Shown here piece after piece: positions 1-9,158 of a stretch of DNA of 64,000 nt. Position numbers and translations under genes: made by a program. The stretch lies in the NCBI GenBank assembly GCA_046597065.1, contig JBKJLI010000003.1, positions 290,841-354,840 of the forward strand, written 5' to 3'. Below the pieces are notes generated by a model. That model saw only the letters and a list, made by a program, of their open reading frames with translations, was not told the origin of the DNA and made no database searches. Each line of letters begins with the position of its first letter. Positions within the stretch are counted from its first letter, which is position 1. Source of the DNA: Candidatus Saccharimonadia bacterium. Its GTDB lineage: Bacteria; Patescibacteriota; Saccharimonadia; UBA4664; SCTI01.

Positions 1-514
1 TTCCAGCTGCCAGGCTGGCACGAGCCAGCTCAATATATATGCGAGTTTTGCCAGAACCGGTCACACCCTGTAGTAAATAACTGGTTTCTTTTCCCGACAT
101 GATGCGGCTAAAAGCAGTTGTTTGCTCGGCGGTCAGTTTGTGATCTGGTGCCGGCAGTTCAATGAACTCTACGGCTTTGGTATTGGCCCGCCGCTTTTTT
201 GTGATTCCAGCTGGTAGTATAGTCTGCCAAACTGCCTTGGCGCTGGCGAAATAGTAGTTTTTCATCCATTCTGCCAGCTGCACCAGGTGGGAGGGTAACG
301 GCTTAAGCTCTAGAGAATCGGCCACGGGTTTGGTTTTAAATTCCGGTATCGCTACATTGACCGCCGTTACCACCCCGATAGCCGTCCGACTGCCTAATGG
401 TATCCTTACAATTTGTCCGATATCCAAATTGTTCTCGGTTGAATAAGTGAACCCTGCGCTGTTGGCGCCGGTATAAGTAAGTGGCTCCACCACTACAAAG
501 TGTTGTTTACTCAT
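1..514 (-). CDS. priA: Primosomal protein N' (PriA helicase), N-terminal part. The gene runs off the window start.
   Basis: Hand translation of the minus strand gives MSKQHFVVVEPLTY...GQIVRIPLGSRTAIGVV...LTAEQTTAF...LLQGVTGSGKTRIYIELA, i.e. the PriA N-terminal DNA-binding region followed by the Walker A motif GVTGSGKT. It is open to the window edge. Start could be 514 or 587. Confidence 0.6.
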   Translation of the reverse strand, partial: MSKQHFVVVEPLTYTGANSAGFTYSTENNLDIGQIVRIPLGSRTAIGVVTAVNVAIPEFKTKPVADSLELKPLPSHLVQLAEWMKNYYFASAKAVWQTILPAGITKKRRANTKAVEFIELPAPDHKLTAEQTTAFSRIMSGKETSYLLQGVTGSGKTRIYIELARASLAAG

Positions 515-587
515 ATCTATATTGTAACCGAGCGACGCACTGTGCGATTGTCCCCACCCAGCTGAATGCGTTACACTATCAACCATT

Positions 588-1916
588 GTGAGTTTACGTT
601 GGAAGTTTTGGTTAATCATATTGCTGACGCTGGTGTGCGTCGGCTTGGCCTACCCGCGCGAAGATCAGATTTTTAAAGCTCTCGGCCTAAAAAATACCAA
701 ACTACAAGTTAAGCAAGGGCTGGATTTACAGGGCGGCGCATATCTGTCGTTCCAGGCTGATCTGGCAAAAACTGCTAGCGGTGATCGCGACAAAGCCATG
801 AATGCCCTTATAGAAGTGATTCAAAAACGAGCCAACCCCAGCGGTACCGCCGAAGTGTCGGTTCAACGGCAGGGAAGCGACAGAGTAGTGGTTCAGCTGC
901 CCGGAGTAAAAGACGTTAATGATGCCATCGACCGCATTGGTCGAACCGCCAATCTTACCTTTCTAGAGATTCCTGGTGGTGCTGGAGGTGCAACTGCTGG
1001 CACCAATCCCGCCCAAGATACCGGTATTAGTGGTAAGGATGTCGATCGGGCCGATGTCGATTTTGATACCACCAGAAATCAGCCAATCGTTACTTTAACG
1101 CTTAAAAGTGAGTCCACCCAGAAGTTTGGCGACTTAACCACACGCATAAATAAAGAGGGCGGTCAGTTGGTAACCTTGCTTGATGAGCAGGTGATATTTG
1201 GACCGGCCACAGTATCGTCGCCAATCACCGATGGCCGCGCCCAACTAGAAGGTAACTTTAAGAGTGTCGCCGAAGCCCGTAAAGTGGCTGATCAAATTAC
1301 GGCCGGCGCTCTACCAGTGCCGGTGACTCTAGTTGAAGAGCGCAGCGTAGGGCCAACGCTGGGCCAGGAATCGATCCAGCACAGCCTGGTGGCTGGCATC
1401 ATTGGCCTAGCCGTTGTGGCCCTGTTTATGGTGGCCTATTACCGCATTGCTGGATTACTGGCGGTGGCCGCTCTAGCCATCTACACCTTGGTAACGCTGG
1501 CGATTTATAAGCTTAGTGGCATCACGCCGTATGCGATTGTGCTGACCCTAGCAGGCACAGCTGGTTTTATTCTAAGTATAGGAATGGCCGTTGATGCCAA
1601 CATTCTAATTTTTGAGCGGTTAAAAGAAGAACTGCGAGCTGGAAAATCCTACCAGGCGGCTTTAGAAGCTGGCTTTGACCGCGCCTGGACATCAATCCGC
1701 GACTCTAACGCCTCCACCTTAATCACTTGCTTTATTCTTTACCTATTCGGAGCGCCGATCATCAAAGGTTTTGCCGTTACGCTTGGTTTGGGAGTACTCA
1801 TCAGTTTGTTTAGTTCAATTGTGGTTACTCGCACATTTATGCGCTTAGCGGTACAGCGCGGTTGGGGTCGTAAGCCCGGTACGTACGGCTTGAAAGCAGA
1901 CGAGGTCAGCCCATGA
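588..1916 (+). CDS. secD: Protein translocase subunit SecD
   Basis: 442 aa ORF with an N-terminal TM segment, a periplasmic domain and C-terminal TM helices typical of SecD. It overlaps secF by 4 nt. GTG start. Confidence 0.9.
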   Translation: MSLRWKFWLIILLTLVCVGLAYPREDQIFKALGLKNTKLQVKQGLDLQGGAYLSFQADLAKTASGDRDKAMNALIEVIQKRANPSGTAEVSVQRQGSDRVVVQLPGVKDVNDAIDRIGRTANLTFLEIPGGAGGATAGTNPAQDTGISGKDVDRADVDFDTTRNQPIVTLTLKSESTQKFGDLTTRINKEGGQLVTLLDEQVIFGPATVSSPITDGRAQLEGNFKSVAEARKVADQITAGALPVPVTLVEERSVGPTLGQESIQHSLVAGIIGLAVVALFMVAYYRIAGLLAVAALAIYTLVTLAIYKLSGITPYAIVLTLAGTAGFILSIGMAVDANILIFERLKEELRAGKSYQAALEAGFDRAWTSIRDSNASTLITCFILYLFGAPIIKGFAVTLGLGVLISLFSSIVVTRTFMRLAVQRGWGRKPGTYGLKADEVSP

Positions 1917-2824
1917 ATATAATTGCCCGTCGCCGTTGGTGGTATGCCATCTCGCTTTTGATTATTGTTCCCGGTACCATCGCCCTGTTTACGCATGGCC
2001 TAAAGCTTGGAATCGACTTTAAGGGTGGGCAACTGCTCGAAGTAGAGGGGCGGGTGGTTCAGGCTGATGTTAGCGGAGTGGCCGGTCAACTGAAAATTAA
2101 AGATTTATCGGTTACGCCAGCCGGAGGCAACACTTTGATCCGTTATCGCGATGAGGCCGAGCCAAAAACTCAGCAAAGCAACCGTCAACAGCTTAGTCAA
2201 ACCTTGGGCACATCTGGCCACAAAGAGGTTCGCTTTGAAACCGTGGGCCCATCTGTAAGTCAGGATATTACTCGAAATGCCTTAATTGCGGTCGGGCTGG
2301 CGGCCCTAGCCATTGTGCTCTACATAGCCTTTGCATTCCGAAATGTGCCACCACCAATGAAATCGTGGAATTTTGGCGTAGCCGCTATCATCGCTATGCT
2401 TCATGATGCGGTATTGTTACTGGGAGTTTTCTCGCTGCTCGGAATTTTCTTTAATGTTGAAGTCGACGCGCTGTTTGTAACCGCCATCCTTACTGTTATC
2501 GGTTTCTCTGTTCATGACACGATCGTTGTATTCGACCGTATCCGCGAAAATCTGCGACGCGAAAGAGGAGAGTTTAGCGATATTGTAAATAACAGTATCC
2601 TTGAAACCTTCGCCCGTTCGCTTAACACCTCGTTAACCGTATTATTAACACTTTTGGCGCTGTATTTGTTTGGTGGTGAGTCGATCAAGCTGTTCGTTTT
2701 AGCTTTGTTGATCGGTGTAGCATCGGGCACCTATTCATCAATCTTTAACGCCTCCCCAATTCTAGTTAGTTGGCACAATTGGAGGCTTAATCGCGAAGCC
2801 AAAGCAGCTGCCCGAAAAGCCTAA
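1913..2824 (+). CDS. secF: Protein translocase subunit SecF
   Basis: 303 aa multi-TM ORF directly coupled to secD (ATGA overlap). Confidence 0.9.
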   Translation: MNIIARRRWWYAISLLIIVPGTIALFTHGLKLGIDFKGGQLLEVEGRVVQADVSGVAGQLKIKDLSVTPAGGNTLIRYRDEAEPKTQQSNRQQLSQTLGTSGHKEVRFETVGPSVSQDITRNALIAVGLAALAIVLYIAFAFRNVPPPMKSWNFGVAAIIAMLHDAVLLLGVFSLLGIFFNVEVDALFVTAILTVIGFSVHDTIVVFDRIRENLRRERGEFSDIVNNSILETFARSLNTSLTVLLTLLALYLFGGESIKLFVLALLIGVASGTYSSIFNASPILVSWHNWRLNREAKAAARKA

Positions 2825-2886
2825 ACTAGGTCAAGCTCACTATTGCCGAACAAGTTTTGTATACTCGCAACTTAAGCGGTAGCGGT

Positions 2887-2915
2887 TTGCAATGAACCGG
2901 CGCTTTTAGTAATAT
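2887..2915 (+). promoter_or_regulatory. Sigma70-like promoter: TTGCAA, 17 nt spacer, TAATAT
   Basis: Read directly from sequence upstream of the 2970 ORF. An extended -10 element tTGtATACT also lies at about 2862-2872. Confidence 0.4.
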
Positions 2916-2969
2916 AAGTACAACACCAAGTGGGGTGCCAGTAACTCAAGTGAGGTTGTAGTTGTCACA

Positions 2970-3254
2970 ATGTTAGAGGTTTTTATTACATCTAAGACTC
3001 GCCGCAAGATCATCACGGTCTATACCAAGTATCCCGATCACAAGGCCCATGTGCGAGCTTTAGCCCAGATGATTCGTGAAGATCCCGGTAACGTACAGCG
3101 CGAACTTAAACGCCTGGCCGAAATCGGATTTGTAAAAGCCAGTAAGGAAGGCAACACCAACGTTTACTCGGCCAACCCCAAATTTTCGTTGTACAAAGAG
3201 CTGCAAAGCATGGTGCTAAAGTCACAAGCCTCCAAGCGCCGCCTGGTTCAATAA
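2970..3254 (+). CDS. Small winged helix-turn-helix DNA-binding protein (94 aa)
   Basis: The sequence VRALAQMIREDPGNVQRELKRLAEIGFVKASKEGNTNVYSANP fits a helix-turn-helix followed by a beta-hairpin wing. The gene has its own promoter and a hairpin terminator. Confidence 0.5.
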   Translation: MLEVFITSKTRRKIITVYTKYPDHKAHVRALAQMIREDPGNVQRELKRLAEIGFVKASKEGNTNVYSANPKFSLYKELQSMVLKSQASKRRLVQ

Positions 3255-3283
3255 GCCTAAAATTTGCCCTAATAAGATTGACG

Positions 3284-3309
3284 TACCCGGTATCAGCGGG
3301 TATTCTTTT
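3284..3309 (+). terminator. Intrinsic terminator-like hairpin: tacccg / cgggta stem followed by ttcttttg
   Basis: 6 bp stem, 7 nt loop and a T-rich tail immediately after the wHTH gene. Confidence 0.45.
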
Positions 3310-3355
3310 GGCCAAGCTCCGGGTGGAGGAGAGTACCTTTTAGAGAGGAATTTAG

Positions 3356-3721
3356 ATGCGCACGATTGGGCATTTCTCACGATTTGTGCTCGAGTCGCTC
3401 CGGCGGGGCTGGAATGGCCTGCGCCCCAAGACGATGAATCAAGTCATGATTGCCTTTAGGGGCATGAGAGACGAGATGACAGAGTCGGGCAGTTTGACCC
3501 CATACCTCGAGCGCTGGGGCCTGACCAGCTTTGAATATGAGGCCGCCTTATATTACGTACAAAGCGGGTATCGCCTGGATGCTGCTCTAGAGCTGGCAGA
3601 AGACGACGCTCTGCATGATCCTTATAACACCTGCCGAAAGGTCCAGGAAATCTTGCTGCGCTGGGGGGCGGTTTACAAATTGGAGCCGCAACATGGAAAC
3701 AATACAAAGGTGGTGATGTAA
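3356..3721 (+). CDS. Hypothetical protein (121 aa), paralogous to the next gene
   Basis: SD sequence gagagg lies 8 nt upstream. It shares the motif GLTxxE(F/Y)EAA(L/I)...LxRW(G/A) with the 3724 ORF. Confidence 0.5.
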   Translation: MRTIGHFSRFVLESLRRGWNGLRPKTMNQVMIAFRGMRDEMTESGSLTPYLERWGLTSFEYEAALYYVQSGYRLDAALELAEDDALHDPYNTCRKVQEILLRWGAVYKLEPQHGNNTKVVM

Positions 3722-3723
3722 TC

Positions 3724-4044
3724 ATGGGTATTGCAGCATTGCTTAGGGCGCCATTCGTATTGATCTCAGACCTGTTCGAGATCATTACGAGCGGTGAGGC
3801 CACGCTAGAGGACGCACTTGCCGAGGTCCGTCGAGTTAGATCGGATGGAAACGGTGATTTCTTTAAGTCCAGGGGGCTGACAATCACCGAGTTCGAGGCT
3901 GCAATTCGAGTGCTAGAGGCCGGCGGCCCAAGAAATGCACTCAGTCATTACGGTCGCGAGTCTCGGCTCAAAGATAAGCGCCGCTTTGATGCAACCGAGG
4001 CAGTCCTTTGTCGATGGGCGCTAGATCAACCATCTTGTCATTAA
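3724..4044 (+). CDS. Hypothetical protein (106 aa), paralog of the 3356 ORF
   Basis: Starts 3 nt after the upstream stop. Shares the GLTITEFEAAIRVLEAGG motif with its neighbour. Confidence 0.5.
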   Translation: MGIAALLRAPFVLISDLFEIITSGEATLEDALAEVRRVRSDGNGDFFKSRGLTITEFEAAIRVLEAGGPRNALSHYGRESRLKDKRRFDATEAVLCRWALDQPSCH

Positions 4045-4049
4045 TCAAC

Positions 4050-4076
4050 CCGGCGGGGGCCATAGCGCCCCCGCCG
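4050..4076 (+). terminator. GC-rich hairpin (cggcgggggc / gcccccgccg, 10 bp stem) closing the two-gene cassette
   Basis: Perfect 10 bp inverted repeat read from the sequence. No clear U-tract follows. Confidence 0.4.
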
Positions 4077-4154
4077 TGGTAGTAAATTTCACATCAAACT
4101 TAATAAACTAAAAGCAATAATATCTTAATAATTACTTGTTATACTTAGGGCACT

Positions 4155-5834
4155 ATGAAGGCCCAAGATACGGTTTTAGCAACTGGCGAGGCCGAGCATA
4201 AACTGCCCGGCGTGGTTAAGGCTGTGTTGCGTCAGCGCGGTATCATCGAACCCAACGAAATTGATGAATTTCTTTATCCCGATTATGAACGCGATATCGC
4301 CGACCCATATTTGATGACCGATATGGATAAAGCTATCAAACGTTTGCTCGTTGCAATCGACAAGTGTGAAAAGGTGGCGGTATACGGTGACTACGATATC
4401 GATGGTATTGCCTCTACCGCCCTGATGCTGGAAGTATTAAAGTTGCATGGGCTTGATCCGCTGGCGTATATCCCAGACCGTTACGATGAGGGATACGGCA
4501 TTAATCAGTCGGCCCTTGAATCCTTGCAAAAACAGGGTGTAACGCTAGTTATATCGGTCGATTGCGGTATCACCTCGGCCAATGAGGCTAAGTGGGCGGC
4601 TACGGCCGGCTTGGATCTTATTATCACTGATCATCATGATGTGCCAGATGAACTACCCGCTGCGGCTTTGGCGATAGTTAACCCCCGTCAAGATGGAGAC
4701 AGCTACCCGTTTAAAGATCTGGCTGGCGTTGGTGTAGCTTTTGCGGTGGTGCGAGCGCTGCAGCAGCGCACTAAAATACCCGAGGCCGGCCAAGAAAAAT
4801 GGCTTCTCGATTTAGTGGCGCTAGGCACCGTGTGCGATGTTATGCCACTAATTGGCGAAAACCGCATGCTTGTTCATTATGGGCTGATTGTACTAAGACG
4901 CACACGCCGCGTAGGTCTGGTTGCACTTAGCCAGAGTGCCGGTACCGAGCTAGCCAGTGTCAGCGCTTACCACTTGGGTTACGTGTTTGGTCCGCGGCTA
5001 AACGCCGCTGGGCGTCTAAAGCATGCCAGTCATAGTCTAGACCTTGTTACAACGACCGACCCTATAGCCGCTCAACAAATGGCTTTCGAGCTAGAAGAAA
5101 TGAACCATCAGCGCAGGTTAGAGCAAGATCGGATTACCAAGGAGGCCGAAGAACAGGCCGAAAATTACAGCGCCGACCCAGTATTGGTGCTTGCAGACTC
5201 CAGCTGGCCGCATGGTGTTGTAGGAATAGTCGCCTCAAAAATTGCCGAAAAGTATTTAAAGCCCACGTTGGTATTGCAGATATTGGATGATAAGGCCAAG
5301 GGATCCGGACGTAGTTCAGGGGGCTATAACTTAATTGATGGTTTGCGTAGTCAGGTGGGGTTGTTTGATAAACTGGGCGGCCATCACTTTGCGGCTGGCT
5401 TTACTTTAGATGTCGCTAAACTTGATGACCTGCGCCAAGGCTTAATTGGCCATTACCTAATTGCTGCCGATGACCTGCCAGCAAAGACGGTTCGCGAGGC
5501 TGATGTTGTAATTGATGATTCGGCCGACATTAACTGGGATACCTATGGCTTCTTAGAGCAGCTAGAACCTTTTGGTAATGGCAACCCTCAACCGGCCTTC
5601 GGTTTAAACAACGTTAAGCTGGTTGATATCGATACCGTAGGCAAGGACAAACAACATCTAAAGCTGCGACTGTCTAGTGAGACTGGGACTATTTTTGAGG
5701 CGATAGGCTTTGGAATGATGGAGCGCTACCCAAACTTAAAAGCCGGCCAGACTGCTAACGTGCAGTTTTACCTACAAAAAAATACGTTTAATGATCGCTC
5801 AACATTGCAGTTGGTATTGGTTTCGGTGCAATAA
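4155..5834 (+). CDS. recJ: Single-stranded-DNA-specific exonuclease RecJ
   Basis: 559 aa with DHH/DHHA1 motifs (YGDYDIDGIAS, DHHDVPDE). Confidence 0.9.
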   Translation: MKAQDTVLATGEAEHKLPGVVKAVLRQRGIIEPNEIDEFLYPDYERDIADPYLMTDMDKAIKRLLVAIDKCEKVAVYGDYDIDGIASTALMLEVLKLHGLDPLAYIPDRYDEGYGINQSALESLQKQGVTLVISVDCGITSANEAKWAATAGLDLIITDHHDVPDELPAAALAIVNPRQDGDSYPFKDLAGVGVAFAVVRALQQRTKIPEAGQEKWLLDLVALGTVCDVMPLIGENRMLVHYGLIVLRRTRRVGLVALSQSAGTELASVSAYHLGYVFGPRLNAAGRLKHASHSLDLVTTTDPIAAQQMAFELEEMNHQRRLEQDRITKEAEEQAENYSADPVLVLADSSWPHGVVGIVASKIAEKYLKPTLVLQILDDKAKGSGRSSGGYNLIDGLRSQVGLFDKLGGHHFAAGFTLDVAKLDDLRQGLIGHYLIAADDLPAKTVREADVVIDDSADINWDTYGFLEQLEPFGNGNPQPAFGLNNVKLVDIDTVGKDKQHLKLRLSSETGTIFEAIGFGMMERYPNLKAGQTANVQFYLQKNTFNDRSTLQLVLVSVQ

Positions 5835-5979
5835 TTTGCATTAAGGCAGTGCATCAAAATATCTGAGCACTTAATTTATTCAAAAACCGACAATTGAGAG
5901 CCTTGTCAGCGGGCCATAAACATGGTAATCTTAAGGTCAGTTTTGTGATGGTCTAATCGACGGAAAGCAAGAGGAAGTA

Positions 5980-7275
5980 GTGGCCAAACGGTTTCAGCAT
6001 GTTCGGGGAATGCCCGATATACTACCAGCAGAGGAACAGGGTTATAGATACGCAATAGATAGCTTTTCATCGCTAGCCGATGCGGCTGGCTATGAGCGCT
6101 TACAGATTCCCGTACTAGAAGATAAGGGTGTGTTCGAACGCGGAGTTGGTGACGATACCGATGTGGTGTCTAAAGAGATGTACGTATTAACCGACCGATC
6201 GGGAAATGAGTTGGCTCTACGCCCTGAGCCCACTGCCGGTATTGTGCGGGCTTATTTAGAGCATGGTATGTCTAGTTTGCCTCAGCCGGTGCGTGTGCAG
6301 GTGGCCGGTGCCATGTTTCGCTATGATCGCCCGCAGGCCGGACGCCAGCGTCAGTTTACGCAGGTCGGCGTAGAGGTTATTGGTGAGGGTGCCTCGAGCG
6401 TTGATGCTCAGTTGGTTACCTTGGCCCTACGTTACTATCGTATGCTGGGTTTGCGTAATATTACTCTCCAAATCAACAGCCTTGGTGATACAGCCGATCG
6501 CGCTGCTTACCTTAAGGCCTTGGTGGCATATCTTAAAGAGCACAAATCTAAGTTAGCCGATGTTGATCAGAAGCGGCTTTCTGGTAATCCGTTGAGAGTG
6601 CTTGATTCCAAAGAAAAAGCTAGTCAAAAGATTATTCAAGGGGCACCTCAGATTCTTAATTATCTTTCAGAAACCAGTAAGGCCCACTTTACCGGTGTGT
6701 TGGAATATCTAGACGCTCTGGGAATCGCCTACGAATTGAATCCTCAGCTAGTGCGAGGCTTAGATTATTACACCCACACCGTATTCGAGTTTTATGGCGG
6801 CCGCGATGGCTCACAAAGCAGTCTTGGTGGTGGCGGTCGCTATAATCATCTGGTAGAGCAGCTAGGTGGCCAGCCAACTCCGGCTGCCGGTTTTGGCATT
6901 GGTATAGAGCGTGTACTACTGGAAATGCGCGAAGAGGGTATCGACATTCCGCACTCTAAACCGGTCAGCGTTTACGTTGCCAGTTTGGGTGAGCCAGCTC
7001 GCGTTAGCGCCTTTGCTTTGATCGAAAAGCTGCTGGATGCCGGAGTTGGAACAGTTGGTGCTGTCGACAAAGATGGGATTGGTCCACAACTTGAACGTGC
7101 CAACAAGCTGGGAATGCCATTTGCGGTTATCATCGGCCAAAAAGAGGTACAAGAAGAGACGGTTATTTTGCGCGATATGAAATCGGGTGCTCAGGAGATG
7201 ATGCCGCTTGCCACCATTGTTAAGGAACTGCAGACACGATTTAAACCGGTCAAGCCAGTTAAAGTGGCTAAGTAA
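5980..7275 (+). CDS. hisS: Histidyl-tRNA synthetase
   Basis: 431 aa class II aaRS with HisRS motifs (RYDRPQAGRQRQF, GGGRY). GTG start with the SD sequence agaggaag. Confidence 0.9.
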   Translation: MAKRFQHVRGMPDILPAEEQGYRYAIDSFSSLADAAGYERLQIPVLEDKGVFERGVGDDTDVVSKEMYVLTDRSGNELALRPEPTAGIVRAYLEHGMSSLPQPVRVQVAGAMFRYDRPQAGRQRQFTQVGVEVIGEGASSVDAQLVTLALRYYRMLGLRNITLQINSLGDTADRAAYLKALVAYLKEHKSKLADVDQKRLSGNPLRVLDSKEKASQKIIQGAPQILNYLSETSKAHFTGVLEYLDALGIAYELNPQLVRGLDYYTHTVFEFYGGRDGSQSSLGGGGRYNHLVEQLGGQPTPAAGFGIGIERVLLEMREEGIDIPHSKPVSVYVASLGEPARVSAFALIEKLLDAGVGTVGAVDKDGIGPQLERANKLGMPFAVIIGQKEVQEETVILRDMKSGAQEMMPLATIVKELQTRFKPVKPVKVAK

Positions 7276-7542
7276 GTGAACGCTTACGACTTTCTGGTCA
7301 ACACTTATAACAGTTTCCTGGCAATATTCCCTCCGTCAACCCAGTGGCTGGTAACTTTGTTTGTACTGCTGGGCGTGATTGGCGCGGCCGTTAGTATGGT
7401 GCGCAGCAACTGGCTGGCGCTGATCGTTATCGTGCTTTTACTGCCATTTTTGTTGCCCGTACTGCAGCATTTTATAAGTGATATCTTGCACTTCTTTAGT
7501 TATCTACTGCAAGCTTTGCGGTTACAGGCCCCGCCAAATTAA
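7276..7542 (+). CDS. Small two-TM membrane protein, hypothetical
   Basis: 88 aa hydrophobic ORF that abuts the hisS stop. GTG start. Confidence 0.35.
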   Translation: MNAYDFLVNTYNSFLAIFPPSTQWLVTLFVLLGVIGAAVSMVRSNWLALIVIVLLLPFLLPVLQHFISDILHFFSYLLQALRLQAPPN

Positions 7543-7562
7543 TAAGTTCGGACCCTAAACCC

Positions 7563-7591
7563 AAACAACCGCCCACAAGGGGCGGTTGTTT
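7563..7591. terminator. Bidirectional intrinsic terminator hairpin (12 bp stem aaacaaccgccc / gggcggttgttt)
   Basis: Perfect 12 bp stem with a 5 nt loop between convergent genes. A T-run follows on the plus strand. Confidence 0.6.
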
Positions 7592-7609
7592 GATAGCGGT
7601 CTCTACTGC

Positions 7610-8149
7610 TTAGCTGCCAGAGATCATACGACCACAGGCAGGCCATGGCGACCAGCCGCGAACGGCAAAGTCGGCCTGAGCCTTAGCATCCTGAACCTCG
7701 GCCGGAGCCTGGTCGGGACGGGCAAAACCACCATAGCCATTCCAAGTACCCAATGAGTACTGGTAGGCGCCGTAGTAGCCGTTACCACTGTTGCGAGTGT
7801 AGGTGTTACCCGACTCACATAGACGTAAGCGGTACCAGGTATCGGCGGTGGCTGGAGCGTTGGCAACGGTTACAATCCGGACTCGCGCCTTAGCAGCCTT
7901 TTGGGCAGCCTTAGCGGCTTGAGCCTGACGCAATGGAGTCAAAACATCGGTATCGAAGTTGGGCTCCGTTGGTTTAGTCACCGCCAGTGCGGTAGCCGAG
8001 CTAGTATCTAGAGTTAGCTTGTAAGGTACGGTTTGGGCTACAGCTGCATGAGCTGTATTAGCCTGAAGCATGATCGGCAGAGCCGTCACAATTTGGGCTG
8101 GACTGGCCAACAGTAACAGTAAAGTGGCCAGAGTGTGTAAGCGGTACAT
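7610..8149 (-). CDS. Secreted Rpf-like transglycosylase-domain protein
   Basis: Carries a signal peptide. The C-terminal sequence WYRLRLCESGNTYTRNSGNGYYGAYQYSLGTWNGYGG matches the resuscitation-promoting-factor transglycosylase-like domain. Confidence 0.75.
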   Translation of the reverse strand: MYRLHTLATLLLLLASPAQIVTALPIMLQANTAHAAVAQTVPYKLTLDTSSATALAVTKPTEPNFDTDVLTPLRQAQAAKAAQKAAKARVRIVTVANAPATADTWYRLRLCESGNTYTRNSGNGYYGAYQYSLGTWNGYGGFARPDQAPAEVQDAKAQADFAVRGWSPWPACGRMISGS

Positions 8150-8413
8150 GGGGGATTAGAGGACTCCTTTCTCCCGTGCGAGGCGCTTGCAGCCTCAGAG
8201 CATCATCTCTATCTGTGAAATTCCTCACACAAACGTTTAAAAGGTGCTCTGATAACTAAAAAAGCCTGTCGCAACTGGACAGACTTTCGAGTCATCGGGA
8301 AGTACTATACCAACATAAGCGGTATTTGTCAAGTAGTTTAATGTCTGGTATGATCAAAAATAGCTAAATTAACCCATCTGTACAACAGATGTGAGCAAAA
8401 ACTGCTAAAAAAG

Positions 8414-8448
8414 GTTGACGTTATTAACAATAAGCGGTAAAAATAGGG
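8414..8448 (+). promoter_or_regulatory. Sigma70-like promoter: TTGACG, 17 nt spacer, TAAAAT
   Basis: Near-consensus -35 and -10 elements with a 17 nt spacer. The spacer contains the recurring taagcggta motif. Confidence 0.5.
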
Positions 8449-8528
8449 GGTCTTGAGTCGATATGTGATTCGAGTTTTTTTGAAAGTAGCACCTTTTTAG
8501 ACCCCCAGCACGAGGAGCGTGTTCGAGT

Positions 8529-8780
8529 ATGTGCAGCATCGCCATCCAGAGCATGATCGATGAATTCATCGCCAAGCATGAGCTCAAGTACCAAAAGATC
8601 GTCGGCAGTAAGGGGGGTTTCGATCATGCCATGTCGTTGCTCGCTCGATCGGGCATCAGCGGCACAGATCGGCGTCTGATGAAGAAGGAGCTGCACCAGG
8701 TGCTCGTGTCGAATCTCGAGAGCCAGGCCCGCAAGCGTCGTAGGGATGCAAGCCAACCCTCCGTTGCCGTACCGGCCTGA
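8529..8780 (+). CDS. Hypothetical small protein (83 aa) with high G+C and strong GC3 bias
   Basis: Promoter upstream and an AGGAG SD. Third codon positions are strongly G/C, unlike flanking genes. Confidence 0.4.
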   Translation: MCSIAIQSMIDEFIAKHELKYQKIVGSKGGFDHAMSLLARSGISGTDRRLMKKELHQVLVSNLESQARKRRRDASQPSVAVPA

Positions 8781-9158
8781 GCGGCCAGATGGCTCGCCCT
8801 AAGAGATTAACTACTGGCGCGAAGGGGCAACAAGGTTCTGTGAAACAGATGCCCCGGCCGTCGCCGGTCTGGCCTCCACCTGTTAGGACCGATAGTCGAC
8901 AGCGCTACCTGAATGGACGCCCCGGCCGTCGTCGTCCTCGTGCCCGGACCTGAAGTCCGGATAGCACTTGCCAAACTACGGTACCGGTTTGGCACCCCGA
9001 CCCCCGAGCCACGAATGGCATAGGGGTCGGGTCTTCCGCACTACTTTGTTCAAAATTCTAAATCAGATCTTGCAATACGCTTATGCTTATGATAGGTTAA
9101 AAGCATAAGCCCAGATACGATTCATCCAAGGAGGATGATTCACATGCCGGGAAGCACC

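Noticed and set aside
8807-8995. 62 aa minus-strand ORF inside the GC-rich repeat region
   Set aside because: An Arg/Pro/Thr-rich translation of repeat DNA with no SD. More likely noncoding structure.
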